Assembly: GCA_963765495.1 (NCBI GenBank) | Contig: CAVXWP010000002.1 | Location: forward strand, 384,001-448,000 | Reading direction: 5' to 3' | DNA length: 64,000 nt | Source: Blastocatellia bacterium | GTDB taxonomy: Bacteria > Acidobacteriota > Blastocatellia > UBA7656 | Shown: piece after piece, positions 1 to 9,519 of the stretch | Layout of the letters: the number at the start of each line of letters is the position of its first letter | How positions within the stretch are numbered: position 1 is the stretch's first letter | Position numbers and translations under genes: made by a program | The notes under the pieces: model-generated | Told to the model about the DNA's origin: nothing | Databases searched by the model: none | Seen by the model: only the letters and a program-made list of their open reading frames with translations

Positions 1-72
1 CGATTGAAGGGGAGTGTGCCATCTGTTAACTTAGAATGGAGTCGATATACTGATAATTATTGGAGTAAGAAT

Positions 73-1254
73 ATGGCAAAAGATGTTCTCATACTTGGAG
101 GTGCGCGCACACCGATGGGCGAATACGGCGGCGCGCTCAAAGACCTGTCGGCTATCGAACTCGGGGCGATTGCTGCCCGCGCCGCTTTGGAGCGCAGCAA
201 CGTCACTCCCGATCAGATAGACCACACCGTTATCGGCAACGCATTGCAGACCTCAGGGGATGCGATTTACGGGGCTCGGCACGTAGCCTTAAAGGCAGGC
301 GTGCCCGTGGACAGACCCGCGCTCACGGTAAATCGCCTCTGCGGCTCGGGGATTCAATCTATCGTATCGGGCGCGCAGATGATCCAGCTAGGCGAAGCCG
401 GAGCAGTGCTCGCGGGCGGTATGGAATCCATGAGTCAGGCTCCTCACGTCCTGCGCGGAGCAAGATGGGGGTTCCGACTTGGCGAAGGCAAGCTTGAAGA
501 TTCGCTGATGGTCGCGCTGCTCGATACGCATTGCGGACTCTACATGGCGCAAACGGCCGAAAATCTCGCCCTCAAACACGACATATCGCGCGAAGAGCAG
601 GACCAGTACGCATTGCTCAGCCAGCAGCGGGCAGCTTCGGCCTGGGAATCAAACCGATTGGCCGAAGAGGTTGTCGCCGTCGAGATCAAAGGACGCAAAG
701 GCTCTACGCTTTTCGAGCGGGACGATCACCTCCGCCCCGACACTTCGCTTGAGGGGCTTGCAAAACTCAAACCCGCCTTTTCAAAAGACGGTTTCGTGAC
801 CGCTGGAAACGCATCAGGCATAGTGGATGGAGCCGCAGCCGTGGTCATCGCAGATGAAGAGACTGCTCGCAAGATGGAAGCCCGACCGCTCGGTCGGATT
901 GTTTCGTGGGGTATCGCGGGCGTGCCTCCTGAAATCATGGGCATAGGACCTGTCCCGGCATCCGAGAAGGCCCTTAAAGCGGCGGGCCTGCGGCTTGAAG
1001 AGATTGATCTGGTCGAAGTGAACGAAGCATTCGCGGGCCAGTATCTCGCCGTAGAACGCGAGTTGCACCTCGACCGGGAGAGGACCAACGTAAACGGCGG
1101 CGCGATTGCCCTCGGCCATCCTCTTGGAGCCACGGGAACGCGCATTCTGCTCACCGTCCTGAACGAGCTTCGCCGCCGAGGCAAAAAGTACGGGCTTGCG
1201 ACCGCCTGCATAGGCGGCGGGCAGGGCATAGCCATGATCGTAGAAGCCTTCTAA
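73..1254 (+). CDS. acetyl-CoA C-acyltransferase (thiolase)
   Basis: NRLCGSG active Cys, NEAF, GHPLGATG and CIGGGQG motifs; ATG at 73 with GGAG RBS preferred over the ORF start at 4. Confidence 0.95.
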   Translation: MAKDVLILGGARTPMGEYGGALKDLSAIELGAIAARAALERSNVTPDQIDHTVIGNALQTSGDAIYGARHVALKAGVPVDRPALTVNRLCGSGIQSIVSGAQMIQLGEAGAVLAGGMESMSQAPHVLRGARWGFRLGEGKLEDSLMVALLDTHCGLYMAQTAENLALKHDISREEQDQYALLSQQRAASAWESNRLAEEVVAVEIKGRKGSTLFERDDHLRPDTSLEGLAKLKPAFSKDGFVTAGNASGIVDGAAAVVIADEETARKMEARPLGRIVSWGIAGVPPEIMGIGPVPASEKALKAAGLRLEEIDLVEVNEAFAGQYLAVERELHLDRERTNVNGGAIALGHPLGATGTRILLTVLNELRRRGKKYGLATACIGGGQGIAMIVEAF

Positions 1255-1256
1255 GA

Positions 1257-1368
1257 GGGGCCAGGGGCCAGGGGTCGGGGGCCGAGGTTTAATGATCGCG
1301 TCAAAGTCCCATACGATTAAGCAGCAAGGCATTCAAGCGGATTCCCCGGCCCCCGACCCCTGGCCCCC
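1257..1368. repeat. inverted heptamer tandem-repeat element (GGGGCCA family)
   Basis: GGGGCCA GGGGCCA GGGGTCG GGGGCCG (1257-1284), then CGGCCCC CGACCCC TGGCCCC (1347-1367): 21-bp perfect inverted repeat. Confidence 0.9.
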
Positions 1369-1380
1369 AGGAGAGAGACA

Positions 1381-2694
1381 TTGGAACAGGTTGCGAGCGA
1401 AAAGAAATTCCGACCCTGCCCCGGCTGCGGGTATCTGACTCCTTCGGATTCCCCCGCGTGCATCTATTGCGGATACGCTACGCCCGAAGCCGTGGCCGCC
1501 AAACAGGAAGAAGTCAAAATGCAGAGTTTTGCCCGCGCGCTCTTTTCGCGGTCCAATCCTCTTACGTACCTCTTTATAGGAATAAATCTCGGCGTCTTCT
1601 TTTTGATGTGGCTCGCGGGCGGAATGGGTGCGATGGCTACCGACCACAACGTACTGATAGGGTTTGGCGCAAAAGTAAACAGCCTCATCAATCAAAATCA
1701 CGAATATTGGCGACTCGTTACCTGCATATTTATTCACATAGGCTTTCTACATATATTCTTCAACAACTACGCTCTATGGATAGTAGGTCAGGAGATCGAA
1801 CGTCTTTACGGCTCGTCGCGATTCGCGCTTCTGTATCTGGTAACGGGGATAGCCGGTTCTCTCGGAAGCTATATTTTCAATCCTCAGGCCACGTCGGCGG
1901 GGGCCTCAGGCGCAATCTTCGGGCTGTTTGGCGTGATGGCGACTTTCGCCTTCAGGTATCGAACGGAGATACCCGATATCCTGAGACGCGAAATCACAAG
2001 GCGCGTGCTGCCGCTCATAGTCATCAATCTGTTATTCGGATTTTCAATCGCGGGAATTGACAATTCCGCGCACCTGGGAGGGCTCTTTTCAGGGGTCGTG
2101 CTCGGCCTTGTGATTCCTTACAAAAGGCCAAACGAAAAAGCTACGGCAGTAGTGTGGCGCGCGCTGATGGTCATCTGCATGGCGATCATAGCCGGATCGT
2201 GGATACTCGCATTTCGCAATTACGACGGCCCCAGACCCCAACTCGCTAACCTGACGGCAACACCAAACTCAAACGAAGGAATTGTGGAATACTTTGAAGG
2301 CATGCAGAAGGGCTTTGCCTTGTTAAAAAATTCCTTCGATTCGACCGGAGCTTCGCATAAAGACCAGACTCATAACTCCGCGCAGGCAGCATTAAAGCTG
2401 ATCGAAGAGGGGATAAAAAGCACCAATACCGCGCCAAACCTCAAGGGCGAAGCCGAACAATACCGCCAGAAGCTTTTGGCTCTGCTGACAAGACACAAAG
2501 AGATACTTCAGAAATTATCGACGACCAATCAGGCAGACCTGGAACGATTGGTTTCAGAAGAGACGGAGTTGCAAACCAGGAGCAACCAACTGGACGCAGA
2601 TTATCAAAACTGGCTCCCCGGTTTCTTGCAGGAACACGGCTACGAAATCCGCAAGGAACCCGGTGAAGAACAGCCTAAAGGCCCAACGACCTGA
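1381..2694 (+). CDS. rhomboid family intramembrane serine protease with N-terminal zinc ribbon and C-terminal helical domain
   Basis: CPGC..CIYC; WRLVT, HIGFLHIFFN, GASGAIFG (catalytic Ser), AHLGG (catalytic His); TTG start after AGGAG. Confidence 0.9.
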   Translation: MEQVASEKKFRPCPGCGYLTPSDSPACIYCGYATPEAVAAKQEEVKMQSFARALFSRSNPLTYLFIGINLGVFFLMWLAGGMGAMATDHNVLIGFGAKVNSLINQNHEYWRLVTCIFIHIGFLHIFFNNYALWIVGQEIERLYGSSRFALLYLVTGIAGSLGSYIFNPQATSAGASGAIFGLFGVMATFAFRYRTEIPDILRREITRRVLPLIVINLLFGFSIAGIDNSAHLGGLFSGVVLGLVIPYKRPNEKATAVVWRALMVICMAIIAGSWILAFRNYDGPRPQLANLTATPNSNEGIVEYFEGMQKGFALLKNSFDSTGASHKDQTHNSAQAALKLIEEGIKSTNTAPNLKGEAEQYRQKLLALLTRHKEILQKLSTTNQADLERLVSEETELQTRSNQLDADYQNWLPGFLQEHGYEIRKEPGEEQPKGPTT

Positions 2695-2752
2695 CAGGGC
2701 CGTTCGTTTTTTGAGTTGCGGGCAATAGGCGGGATAAATCCTAAAGAGTCAG

Positions 2753-2786
2753 ATCCGTGAAAATCCGTCGCATCCGTCGAATCCGG
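2753..2786. repeat. 9-mer tandem repeat (ATCCGTCGN), single arm
   Basis: atccgtgaaa atccgtcgc atccgtcga atccg. Confidence 0.6.
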
Positions 2787-2841
2787 GACCTATTTCTATT
2801 CGCCTATCCTGAATCCTGGAAAACTGAACAGCCCTGATCGG

Positions 2842-2870
2842 TTGAAGAATCCCGCGCAAAGTAATACCCT
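2842..2870 (+). promoter_or_regulatory. putative sigma70 promoter of the 3-hydroxyacyl-CoA dehydrogenase gene
   Basis: TTGAAG-N17-TACCCT, 45 nt upstream of the ATG. Confidence 0.4.
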
Positions 2871-2915
2871 TCTCTGTTTCGATATTGTAGCAATATTTCA
2901 TGGAGGATAAACGAA

Positions 2916-3806
2916 ATGGCAATTAATAAAGTAGGCGTGCTCGGCTGTGGCCTGATGGGATCGGGAATCGCTCAGGTTTGCGCTCAGGCCGGGCGCGATG
3001 TCACGGTTGTCGAGGTGTCGGAAGAATTTCTCAGCAAAGGGATGGGAAACATACATCGCCAGCTTGACCGGATGGTAGAGAAAGGCAAGCTCGAAGGCGA
3101 GGCGCGGGATCAAATCGCGGGCCGTCTGCGCGGCTCTACAAGCCTCGAAGATGTAGCCGAGGCAGACATCGTGATCGAGGCGATCATCGAAAACATGGAT
3201 GAGAAGCACAAGACATATTCCGCGCTCGACAGTCTGTGCAAACCCGAAACCATATTTGCTACCAACACGTCGAGCCTGTCGGTCACGCAAATGATGACCT
3301 CTACAAGTCCTGAGCGGCAGCGCCGTTTTATAGGCATGCATTTCTTCAACCCGGTGCCTGTGATGAAGCTCGTAGAGATCGTCCGCACAATCCTGACCGA
3401 CCCCGAAGTATTTCAGGCAGCAACCGAGTTCGGGCGCGACATAGGCAAGGTTCCCGTGCAGACATCCGACAGAACCGGGTTTATCGTCAACCGTCTGCTT
3501 GTGCCTTATATGCTCGATTCCATCCGCGCGCTCGAAGAGGGCGTAGCCTCAATCGTAGACATAGACAACGCGATGAAGCTCGGCTGCGGCTATCCGATGG
3601 GGCCGCTTACGCTTGGAGATTTCGTAGGTCTGGACACTACCTATTACATCGCAAACATAATGTTTGACGAATTCAAAGAGAAGCGATTCGCGCCGCCGCC
3701 GCTTTTGAAGCGAATGGTAATGGCGGGACTATATGGCCGAAAGGCGGGACGCGGATTTTACGACTACAGCGACCCGCAAAACCCGAAGCCGATGAATCTG
3801 CTTTAA
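2916..3806 (+). CDS. hbd: 3-hydroxybutyryl-CoA / 3-hydroxyacyl-CoA dehydrogenase
   Basis: GCGLMGSGIA Rossmann motif, ATNTSSL, GMHFFNPV, GFIVNRLL, YPMGP; GGAGG RBS. Confidence 0.9.
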   Translation: MAINKVGVLGCGLMGSGIAQVCAQAGRDVTVVEVSEEFLSKGMGNIHRQLDRMVEKGKLEGEARDQIAGRLRGSTSLEDVAEADIVIEAIIENMDEKHKTYSALDSLCKPETIFATNTSSLSVTQMMTSTSPERQRRFIGMHFFNPVPVMKLVEIVRTILTDPEVFQAATEFGRDIGKVPVQTSDRTGFIVNRLLVPYMLDSIRALEEGVASIVDIDNAMKLGCGYPMGPLTLGDFVGLDTTYYIANIMFDEFKEKRFAPPPLLKRMVMAGLYGRKAGRGFYDYSDPQNPKPMNLL

Positions 3807-3817
3807 TCCCGGAAGAC

Positions 3818-3853
3818 TAAGGATTTGAGATTTGTTGAAATCTCAGATCCTTA
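3818..3853. terminator. hairpin between convergent genes (built from GATTTGA heptamers)
   Basis: TAAGGATTTGAGATTT-gttg-AAATCTCAGATCCTTA; overlaps the stop codon of the kinase-helicase gene. Confidence 0.65.
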
Positions 3854-6745
3854 ACCGGCTTCGCCGACCAGTGTGGCGCGGGGAAGTATGGCAGGTGGTA
3901 TAAGCTCAAGAAATCGCGATACCACGGAAAATGAGCTAGGTCCTACGCCTTCGTTGGCGCTCAACGGATAGGTGAAATACAGATAACGTCTTGCCCGTGT
4001 AGCCGCTACGTAAAACAAGCGCCTCTCTTCTTCCATCTCTTCGTCCGTGTTGTAGGCCCGCGAAGACGGGAACCACCCGTCCATAACCCAGATCACAAAC
4101 ACCGCATCCCATTCCAGCCCCTTCGCTGAATGGACCGTCGAAAGCGTTACGGCTCCCTCACCTCCCGCCGCCGTTTCCGCTACGCCCGCATCGCCACGGT
4201 CGTGCATCACTTCGGCCAGCAGGTCATCCGCCTTGCGATAGCGTTTCGCTATCGTTGTCAGATGCTCAATGTCCCGCTCCCGCCTCGGGTAATCATCGTA
4301 TCTGGTCTGCAATATTCGCTTGTAGTAACGCTCTACTACATTAAGCTGGTCTTCTGGTCTGGACTCTTTCACAACCGATTGCAGCAATCGAGCGAGTTTA
4401 GCCAGTTGATCTTTATAATTTGGACGCGAGGGAAATTCTTTCAATTCCTTGAAGAGCTTCTCTTTTGCCTTCGCGGTTCGGAATTGCTTTTCGCCTATGC
4501 GAAGGAACTCGACTATGCGCTCGGCCGTGGCGTCGCCTATAAAATCAACCATCTTGAGCACGCGAAACCAGGATACGGAATCCGACGGATTCGATACGAT
4601 CCGCAAAAACGACAGCACGTCTTTGACGTGAGCAAGCTCGGCCAGCTTTATCCCGCCGAACTTGCGAAACGGGATTCCCTGTTTCCCAAGTTCGATCTCC
4701 AGATCGAACGAATGAGAGCCCGCTCGAAACAGGACCGCGACCTCGTCAAGCGAGACCCCCTCCTGCCTTAACTCTTCGATCTGCTGGACCACGAATTGTG
4801 ACTGCTCGTTTTCATCGCGGGCGCTGACAAGCATAGGTAGCCCGCCCTCTTCGATTGATGAGAAGAGCCGTTTCGAATACCCCTCGCTTGCGCCCCCGAT
4901 GATCGTATTGGCCACGTCGAGTATCGGTTGAGTGCTGCGAAAATTCTCTTCGAGTTTTATCACCTGCGCATCGGGAAAGAGTTCCGGGAACTCAAGCATA
5001 TTCTTAAAGCTCGCCCCGCGAAATGAATAGATAGCCTGACTCTCGTCTCCGACCACCGCCACATTGTTGTGCGTGCCCGCCATCAACCGGACTATCTCCG
5101 CCTGCAAGCGGTTTGTGTCCTGATACTCGTCCACCATTATGTAGCGATACTGTTCCGACAGTCGCCGCCTCAATTCTTCGCTCGCTTCGAGGGCATCGCG
5201 CAAACGTCCGAGCAGATCGTCGTAGGTGAGCAGGTGGCGTTCGCGCTTGTAGGCATCAAACAACTCGGACATCTCTTCGAGCGTGTGGAGTTCGTGCGCG
5301 AATTGCGGGTAGTGCTGATCGAGCACGTCTTCAACAGAGATCAGCTTGTTTGCGGCCATGCTGAAGATCGCAGAGACGGTATGTTTTCGCGGGAAACGCC
5401 TCTCTTTTGCGGTCAGGTCCATCTGGCGGCGGAGCAAATCTATCAGGTCTTCGGCGTCACCCGGATCAAGCACCGTAAATGCGCGGAGTACGCCTGCGAG
5501 AGCCGGATACTTTCTGAGCGTAAAATGAGCCATCGAGTGAAAGGTGCCGCCTGCGACTCTCTGGCAACGCTCATCGGCAAGCGAGGCGGCGCGAGCCAGC
5601 ATACTGGCAGCCGCGCGGCGTGTGAAGGTGAGCAGTAAAACCGATTCGGGCGCGATTCCGGTCTCTACCAATCGAGCCATGCGATAGACGAGCGTGCGGG
5701 TCTTTCCCGTGCCCGCGCCCGCCACTATCAGCAGCGGGCCGTCAATCGTTGTGACCGCTTTGTACTGCGCCTCGTTCAACTCTTTTTCGTAATCAATTCT
5801 GGCCGCGCGAGACGGAGCGGCCACGGGTTTTAGGACAAGGCGCGTCTTTGGACGGGCAGGTTTGGCCTGTCCGAGTTCGAGGTCGCGTTTGAGCGTTTTG
5901 AGAGCCGTGGCCAGTTCATCTACGGCTTTGTAACGGTTCCGCACCTCTTTGGTTAGAGAGCGGGTGATTATCGCCTGGACATCGGAGGGCAGGCCCGCCT
6001 TGATTTTTTCGAGCGGGTCCGGCTCTTTGTGCACGATGGCGTGCATCGTGTCTATGTCGTTCGCTCCTTTGAAAGGGCATCGACCCGTTATCATCTCGTA
6101 AAGCACTACGCCGAAAGAAAAGATATCCGTTCGATGGTCTACACGTCGCCCAAGCAACTGTTCAGGCGACATATAGTTGATCGTACCCATAATGGTTCCG
6201 TCCTGAGTATGGACCTGTAAAACGGTCTTTTCATCGGAGCGGACCGAGGTTTTTCGATTGCGCGCGATGAGTTTTGCGAGGCCGAAATCGAGAATCTTTG
6301 CATAGCCGTCGCGACTGACCATCAGGTTTTCAGGTTTCAGGTCGCGGTGAATTATTCCGTGCTCGTGCGCCTTGGCAAGCCCTCCGGCAATCTGAATGGC
6401 GATGTCTAACACATCAGGCAACGTAAGCTTTTGAGATTTAATCTTGTGACGCAATGTTTCGCCGTGTATGAACTCCATGGCCATGAAGGGACGGCCTTCG
6501 TCTTCGCCTACCTCGTAAACCGTGAGTATATGCGGATGGTTGAGCGCCGAGGCGGCCCGCGCTTCCTGGAGAAAACGGCGGCGGCGATCCTCTCGCGATA
6601 CGGCATCAGGGGGCAGAACTTTGAGCGCCACTACGCGGTCGAGTTTCTCGTCATAAGCCTTGTAGACCGCGCCCATACCGCCTGCGCCCAGGGGCTCGAT
6701 TACCCGGTAATGCGCGATATAACTCTCTTCAGCAATCAAATCCAT
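3851..6745 (-). CDS. Hanks-type Ser/Thr protein kinase fused to a UvrD/PcrA (SF1A) DNA helicase
   Basis: kinase: LGAGGMG, VALK, HRDLKPEN, DFG, GTINYMSPEQ; helicase: LNEAQ, AGAGTGKT, FTRRAA, TFHS, DEYQD, VGDESQAIYSFRGA, LEENFRS, TVHSAKGLEW, EERRLFYVAATRA; one open frame; start reset to ATG 6745 because the ORF extension to 6901 translates a repeat. Confidence 0.9.
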   Translation of the reverse strand: MDLIAEESYIAHYRVIEPLGAGGMGAVYKAYDEKLDRVVALKVLPPDAVSREDRRRRFLQEARAASALNHPHILTVYEVGEDEGRPFMAMEFIHGETLRHKIKSQKLTLPDVLDIAIQIAGGLAKAHEHGIIHRDLKPENLMVSRDGYAKILDFGLAKLIARNRKTSVRSDEKTVLQVHTQDGTIMGTINYMSPEQLLGRRVDHRTDIFSFGVVLYEMITGRCPFKGANDIDTMHAIVHKEPDPLEKIKAGLPSDVQAIITRSLTKEVRNRYKAVDELATALKTLKRDLELGQAKPARPKTRLVLKPVAAPSRAARIDYEKELNEAQYKAVTTIDGPLLIVAGAGTGKTRTLVYRMARLVETGIAPESVLLLTFTRRAAASMLARAASLADERCQRVAGGTFHSMAHFTLRKYPALAGVLRAFTVLDPGDAEDLIDLLRRQMDLTAKERRFPRKHTVSAIFSMAANKLISVEDVLDQHYPQFAHELHTLEEMSELFDAYKRERHLLTYDDLLGRLRDALEASEELRRRLSEQYRYIMVDEYQDTNRLQAEIVRLMAGTHNNVAVVGDESQAIYSFRGASFKNMLEFPELFPDAQVIKLEENFRSTQPILDVANTIIGGASEGYSKRLFSSIEEGGLPMLVSARDENEQSQFVVQQIEELRQEGVSLDEVAVLFRAGSHSFDLEIELGKQGIPFRKFGGIKLAELAHVKDVLSFLRIVSNPSDSVSWFRVLKMVDFIGDATAERIVEFLRIGEKQFRTAKAKEKLFKELKEFPSRPNYKDQLAKLARLLQSVVKESRPEDQLNVVERYYKRILQTRYDDYPRRERDIEHLTTIAKRYRKADDLLAEVMHDRGDAGVAETAAGGEGAVTLSTVHSAKGLEWDAVFVIWVMDGWFPSSRAYNTDEEMEEERRLFYVAATRARRYLYFTYPLSANEGVGPSSFSVVSRFLELIPPAILPRATLVGEAG

Positions 6746-6841
6746 AGGGCGTCCCATCACCTGAATGAACCATTGTACGATTCGTGAGACATTGTAGTCC
6801 ATCAGGCGCGCTAACCAAAGTCGAATGCGGAAATAGTAAGA

Positions 6842-6941
6842 CGTAATTCGTGATGCGTGATGCGTGATGCGTGATTCGTGAGGCAAGCACTTACCTGTCA
6901 ACAGCCATCCGCCTGATAATCACGCATCACGCATCACGCAT
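6842..6941. repeat. inverted heptamer tandem-repeat element (CGTGATG family)
   Basis: CGTAATT (CGTGATG)3 CGTGATT CGTGA, then AATCACG (CATCACG)2 CAT. Confidence 0.9.
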
Positions 6942-6954
6942 AGCGCCCCGCCGC

Positions 6955-6983
6955 TTTACGGCCAACAACCATAAAGTTATACT
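6955..6983 (+). promoter_or_regulatory. putative sigma70 promoter of the GAF-STAS gene
   Basis: TTTACG-N17-TATACT. Confidence 0.5.
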
Positions 6984-7058
6984 CCTAACCGTCGTCGGAC
7001 AGTGGGTCGTCACGACATGGGTCCAGTCATTTTTCAGGTAAGAGGAAGAACAGATCTG

Positions 7059-8531
7059 ATGGCTGATCTGAAAACATTGCAGGTGCCGGACACTTCCGAG
7101 CGGCTTCGACGTATTTACGATCTCGCGCTAACGGTTAGCGGCAATCCCATCGAAGTATTCGATCACATAGTCGAAATCATCGCGGAGTTGTTTGGAGTCC
7201 GCATTGCGCTTGTCGAAAAGATCGAAGGCGAAAAGATAATCGCGCTTTCCATGTATATAGATGGCCGTATACATCACGAAGGCGAATTCGATCTGACCGT
7301 CACGCCCTGCGCCAATGTGCAGCAGACTCGCTCGTTTTGCAGCTTCACCTCAGCAGCCGAAGTCTTCCCGCACGACTCTTTTCTGCGTGAGCATGCAATA
7401 ACGACTTATATCGGCATGCCAGTCATCGGAACCGACGGCGAGGTGATAGCGGTTATCAACGCGATGAATGACCGCCCGATACACCTCTCACCCGAAGACA
7501 GGCTCTTTTTGGAAGCGCTGGCATCGAGGGTGCGGCTTGAAATGGAGCGAACTGAAAAGATCACGGAAACCGCGCAGATCCGCACGTTGCTTGAAATATC
7601 ACGCGACATATCTCAGTTAAGAGGCCTTGACGACATACTCAAAATAATCGTTGACCACGTAAAAGAAGCGTTGGGTTCCGACATTGCCGCCTTTGCCACG
7701 CTCGATGAACAGGTGGGAACAACCAGTTGGAAAGCGATGGCCGGTTATCGAACCGATTCATATAAGACAGCCGTATTCGCTCCGGGTCAGGGCACAGCCG
7801 GGCGTGCCGTGGCTTCGCGCAAGACCGTCGTGCTCGAAGGCATAGGCGAAAACCCGGACCTCCCCGCAGAAGAATTTACCATTCATACGCCCGAAGCCAT
7901 TCGTAATGCCATCGGTGTCCCAGTGATCAAAAGCGACCGTGTGGTCGGGGTGCTTATTGCCGGTTACAGGTCTCAGCGGACTTTCAGCGAGCCACAGATC
8001 AGACTGGCCGAAGCCATTGCCGCTCACGCCGCCGTAGCGGTCGAAAACTCGCGCCTCTTTACCGAGCTTTCAATCCTGAACGAACGACTCGTGGATGCCG
8101 ACAGAACAAAGACCGAATTGATCGCCGAGCTTTCGACTCCCGTCATGCCGATCTGGGAGCATGTATTGTTCGTACCCATAATCGGCACCCTAAACGCCGA
8201 GCGGGCAAAGCAGGTCACCGATGCTCTGCTCAAGAAAACGGCGGGCGGCGGCGCTGAAATTGTCCTGCTCGATATCACCGGTGTCCGTACAGTCGATACG
8301 GACGCGGCGCAGCATCTTCGCAACACAATCGCGGCGGTGCGAGTGCTCGGCGCGCGGTGCATCATCACAGGCATAGGCGCAGCCGTGGCCCATACAATCG
8401 TGCGCCTCGGGATAAATCTTGAAGGAGTAAAGACTCGCCGCAAGCTCTCCGACGGGCTTCAACTCGCCCTCGAATTGATGGCCGAATCCGCTTCCGCAAA
8501 CGATATTCAAACACGTGGAAATTATTTCTGA
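7059..8531 (+). CDS. GAF-GAF-STAS protein, RsbR-like (stressosome co-antagonist family)
   Basis: two GAF-like domains; C-terminal ELSTPVMPI..PIIGTL..ERA..LLDITGV..VDT..A.TIVRLGI.L, typical of the RsbR STAS domain; start uncertain (7002 or 7059). Confidence 0.85.
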   Translation: MADLKTLQVPDTSERLRRIYDLALTVSGNPIEVFDHIVEIIAELFGVRIALVEKIEGEKIIALSMYIDGRIHHEGEFDLTVTPCANVQQTRSFCSFTSAAEVFPHDSFLREHAITTYIGMPVIGTDGEVIAVINAMNDRPIHLSPEDRLFLEALASRVRLEMERTEKITETAQIRTLLEISRDISQLRGLDDILKIIVDHVKEALGSDIAAFATLDEQVGTTSWKAMAGYRTDSYKTAVFAPGQGTAGRAVASRKTVVLEGIGENPDLPAEEFTIHTPEAIRNAIGVPVIKSDRVVGVLIAGYRSQRTFSEPQIRLAEAIAAHAAVAVENSRLFTELSILNERLVDADRTKTELIAELSTPVMPIWEHVLFVPIIGTLNAERAKQVTDALLKKTAGGGAEIVLLDITGVRTVDTDAAQHLRNTIAAVRVLGARCIITGIGAAVAHTIVRLGINLEGVKTRRKLSDGLQLALELMAESASANDIQTRGNYF

Positions 8532-8539
8532 TTGACTCT

Positions 8540-9373
8540 TCAACCGAGACGCTCATCGAGCCAGTCGGTTACGCGGGTGTAGAGGTCTACTTTTTCCGGT
8601 TCGTTGAACAACTCGTGATAATATCCCGGATAGATTATCAATTCCTTGTCGGTTGAGCCTATTTGATTGAATACTTCCCGGGTCGCTTCGACGTTTGCAA
8701 GGCGGTCTTCGCTTCCGTGCATGACCAGCACCGGCAATCTTACGCGGTCGGCCCACGCCTTCACCTGATTCATAGCCCGGTCAGCCTCGGCAAACCATCG
8801 AGTGCTGACCACGCGATGCACAAGCGGGTCGGCCTCATAAGCTCTACCCACTTCCTGATCGCGGCTTAAAACTTTCGGATTAATCTCATTGGGCAGGCGC
8901 AGACGCGGCATCAAATGCGAGCCTACTTTCGCTATCATCAGCTTGTGCGGGGGCACGCGCACGGCAAGCCCGATCAGGGGCGCAGAGATAACGGCTCCGC
9001 TAAGCCCTGCGCTACGGCTTGCGACATAGCGCAAGGTGACCAGCCCGCCCATGCTGTGGCCGATTATGAAAAGCTTTCTCGCCCTATCGAAAGAACCGGC
9101 CAGAGAGATCACCCGGTCGAGGTCCTCTTCATAATCGGCAAACCGATTGATATGCCCCGGCAATCCTTCTGACCGCCCGTGCCCGCGCTGATCATACGAG
9201 GTGACGGAGAACTGATGGGCCAGAAGATGATCTGTCAGAGGGCCGTATCGCCCGCTATGCTCGCCGAAACCATGCACGATGATTACTTCTGCCCGGGGCT
9301 CGCTCGACTCTCTGCGCCACACGTGCAGCCGCAATCGATCAGGCGTAGTGATACTGAGTTCTGTTTGTAGCAT
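8540..9373 (-). CDS. alpha/beta hydrolase, lysophospholipase/monoglyceride lipase-like
   Basis: VHGFGEHSGRY, DQRGHGRS, GHSMGG nucleophile, HGSEDRL, YHELFNE. Confidence 0.9.
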   Translation of the reverse strand: MLQTELSITTPDRLRLHVWRRESSEPRAEVIIVHGFGEHSGRYGPLTDHLLAHQFSVTSYDQRGHGRSEGLPGHINRFADYEEDLDRVISLAGSFDRARKLFIIGHSMGGLVTLRYVASRSAGLSGAVISAPLIGLAVRVPPHKLMIAKVGSHLMPRLRLPNEINPKVLSRDQEVGRAYEADPLVHRVVSTRWFAEADRAMNQVKAWADRVRLPVLVMHGSEDRLANVEATREVFNQIGSTDKELIIYPGYYHELFNEPEKVDLYTRVTDWLDERLG

Positions 9374-9491
9374 AGGCGGTCAGACAGGTTTCAGATTGCG
9401 GGCAAAGGTTAGTCGCTATATCAGGAAATTGCAACCCGAAGCTGGCGCAAAGTTTTAATCGGCCCTGGCTAAACAATTACCGCGCTGCCTG

Positions 9492-9519
9492 GAATCCGCC
9501 TGATGAGTTGGCGGCGTAG
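9492..9519 (+). promoter_or_regulatory. putative ECF sigma promoter upstream of the cupredoxin operon
   Basis: GAATCC-N15-GGCGTAG; same motif and spacing as upstream of the ECF gene at 10974-11001. Confidence 0.65.

Noticed and set aside
6746-6901. 52-aa N-terminal extension of the kinase-helicase ORF (HESRITHHASRIT)
   Set aside because: It is partly the translation of the CGTGATG heptamer repeat; ATG 6745, just before the kinase domain, is more plausible.
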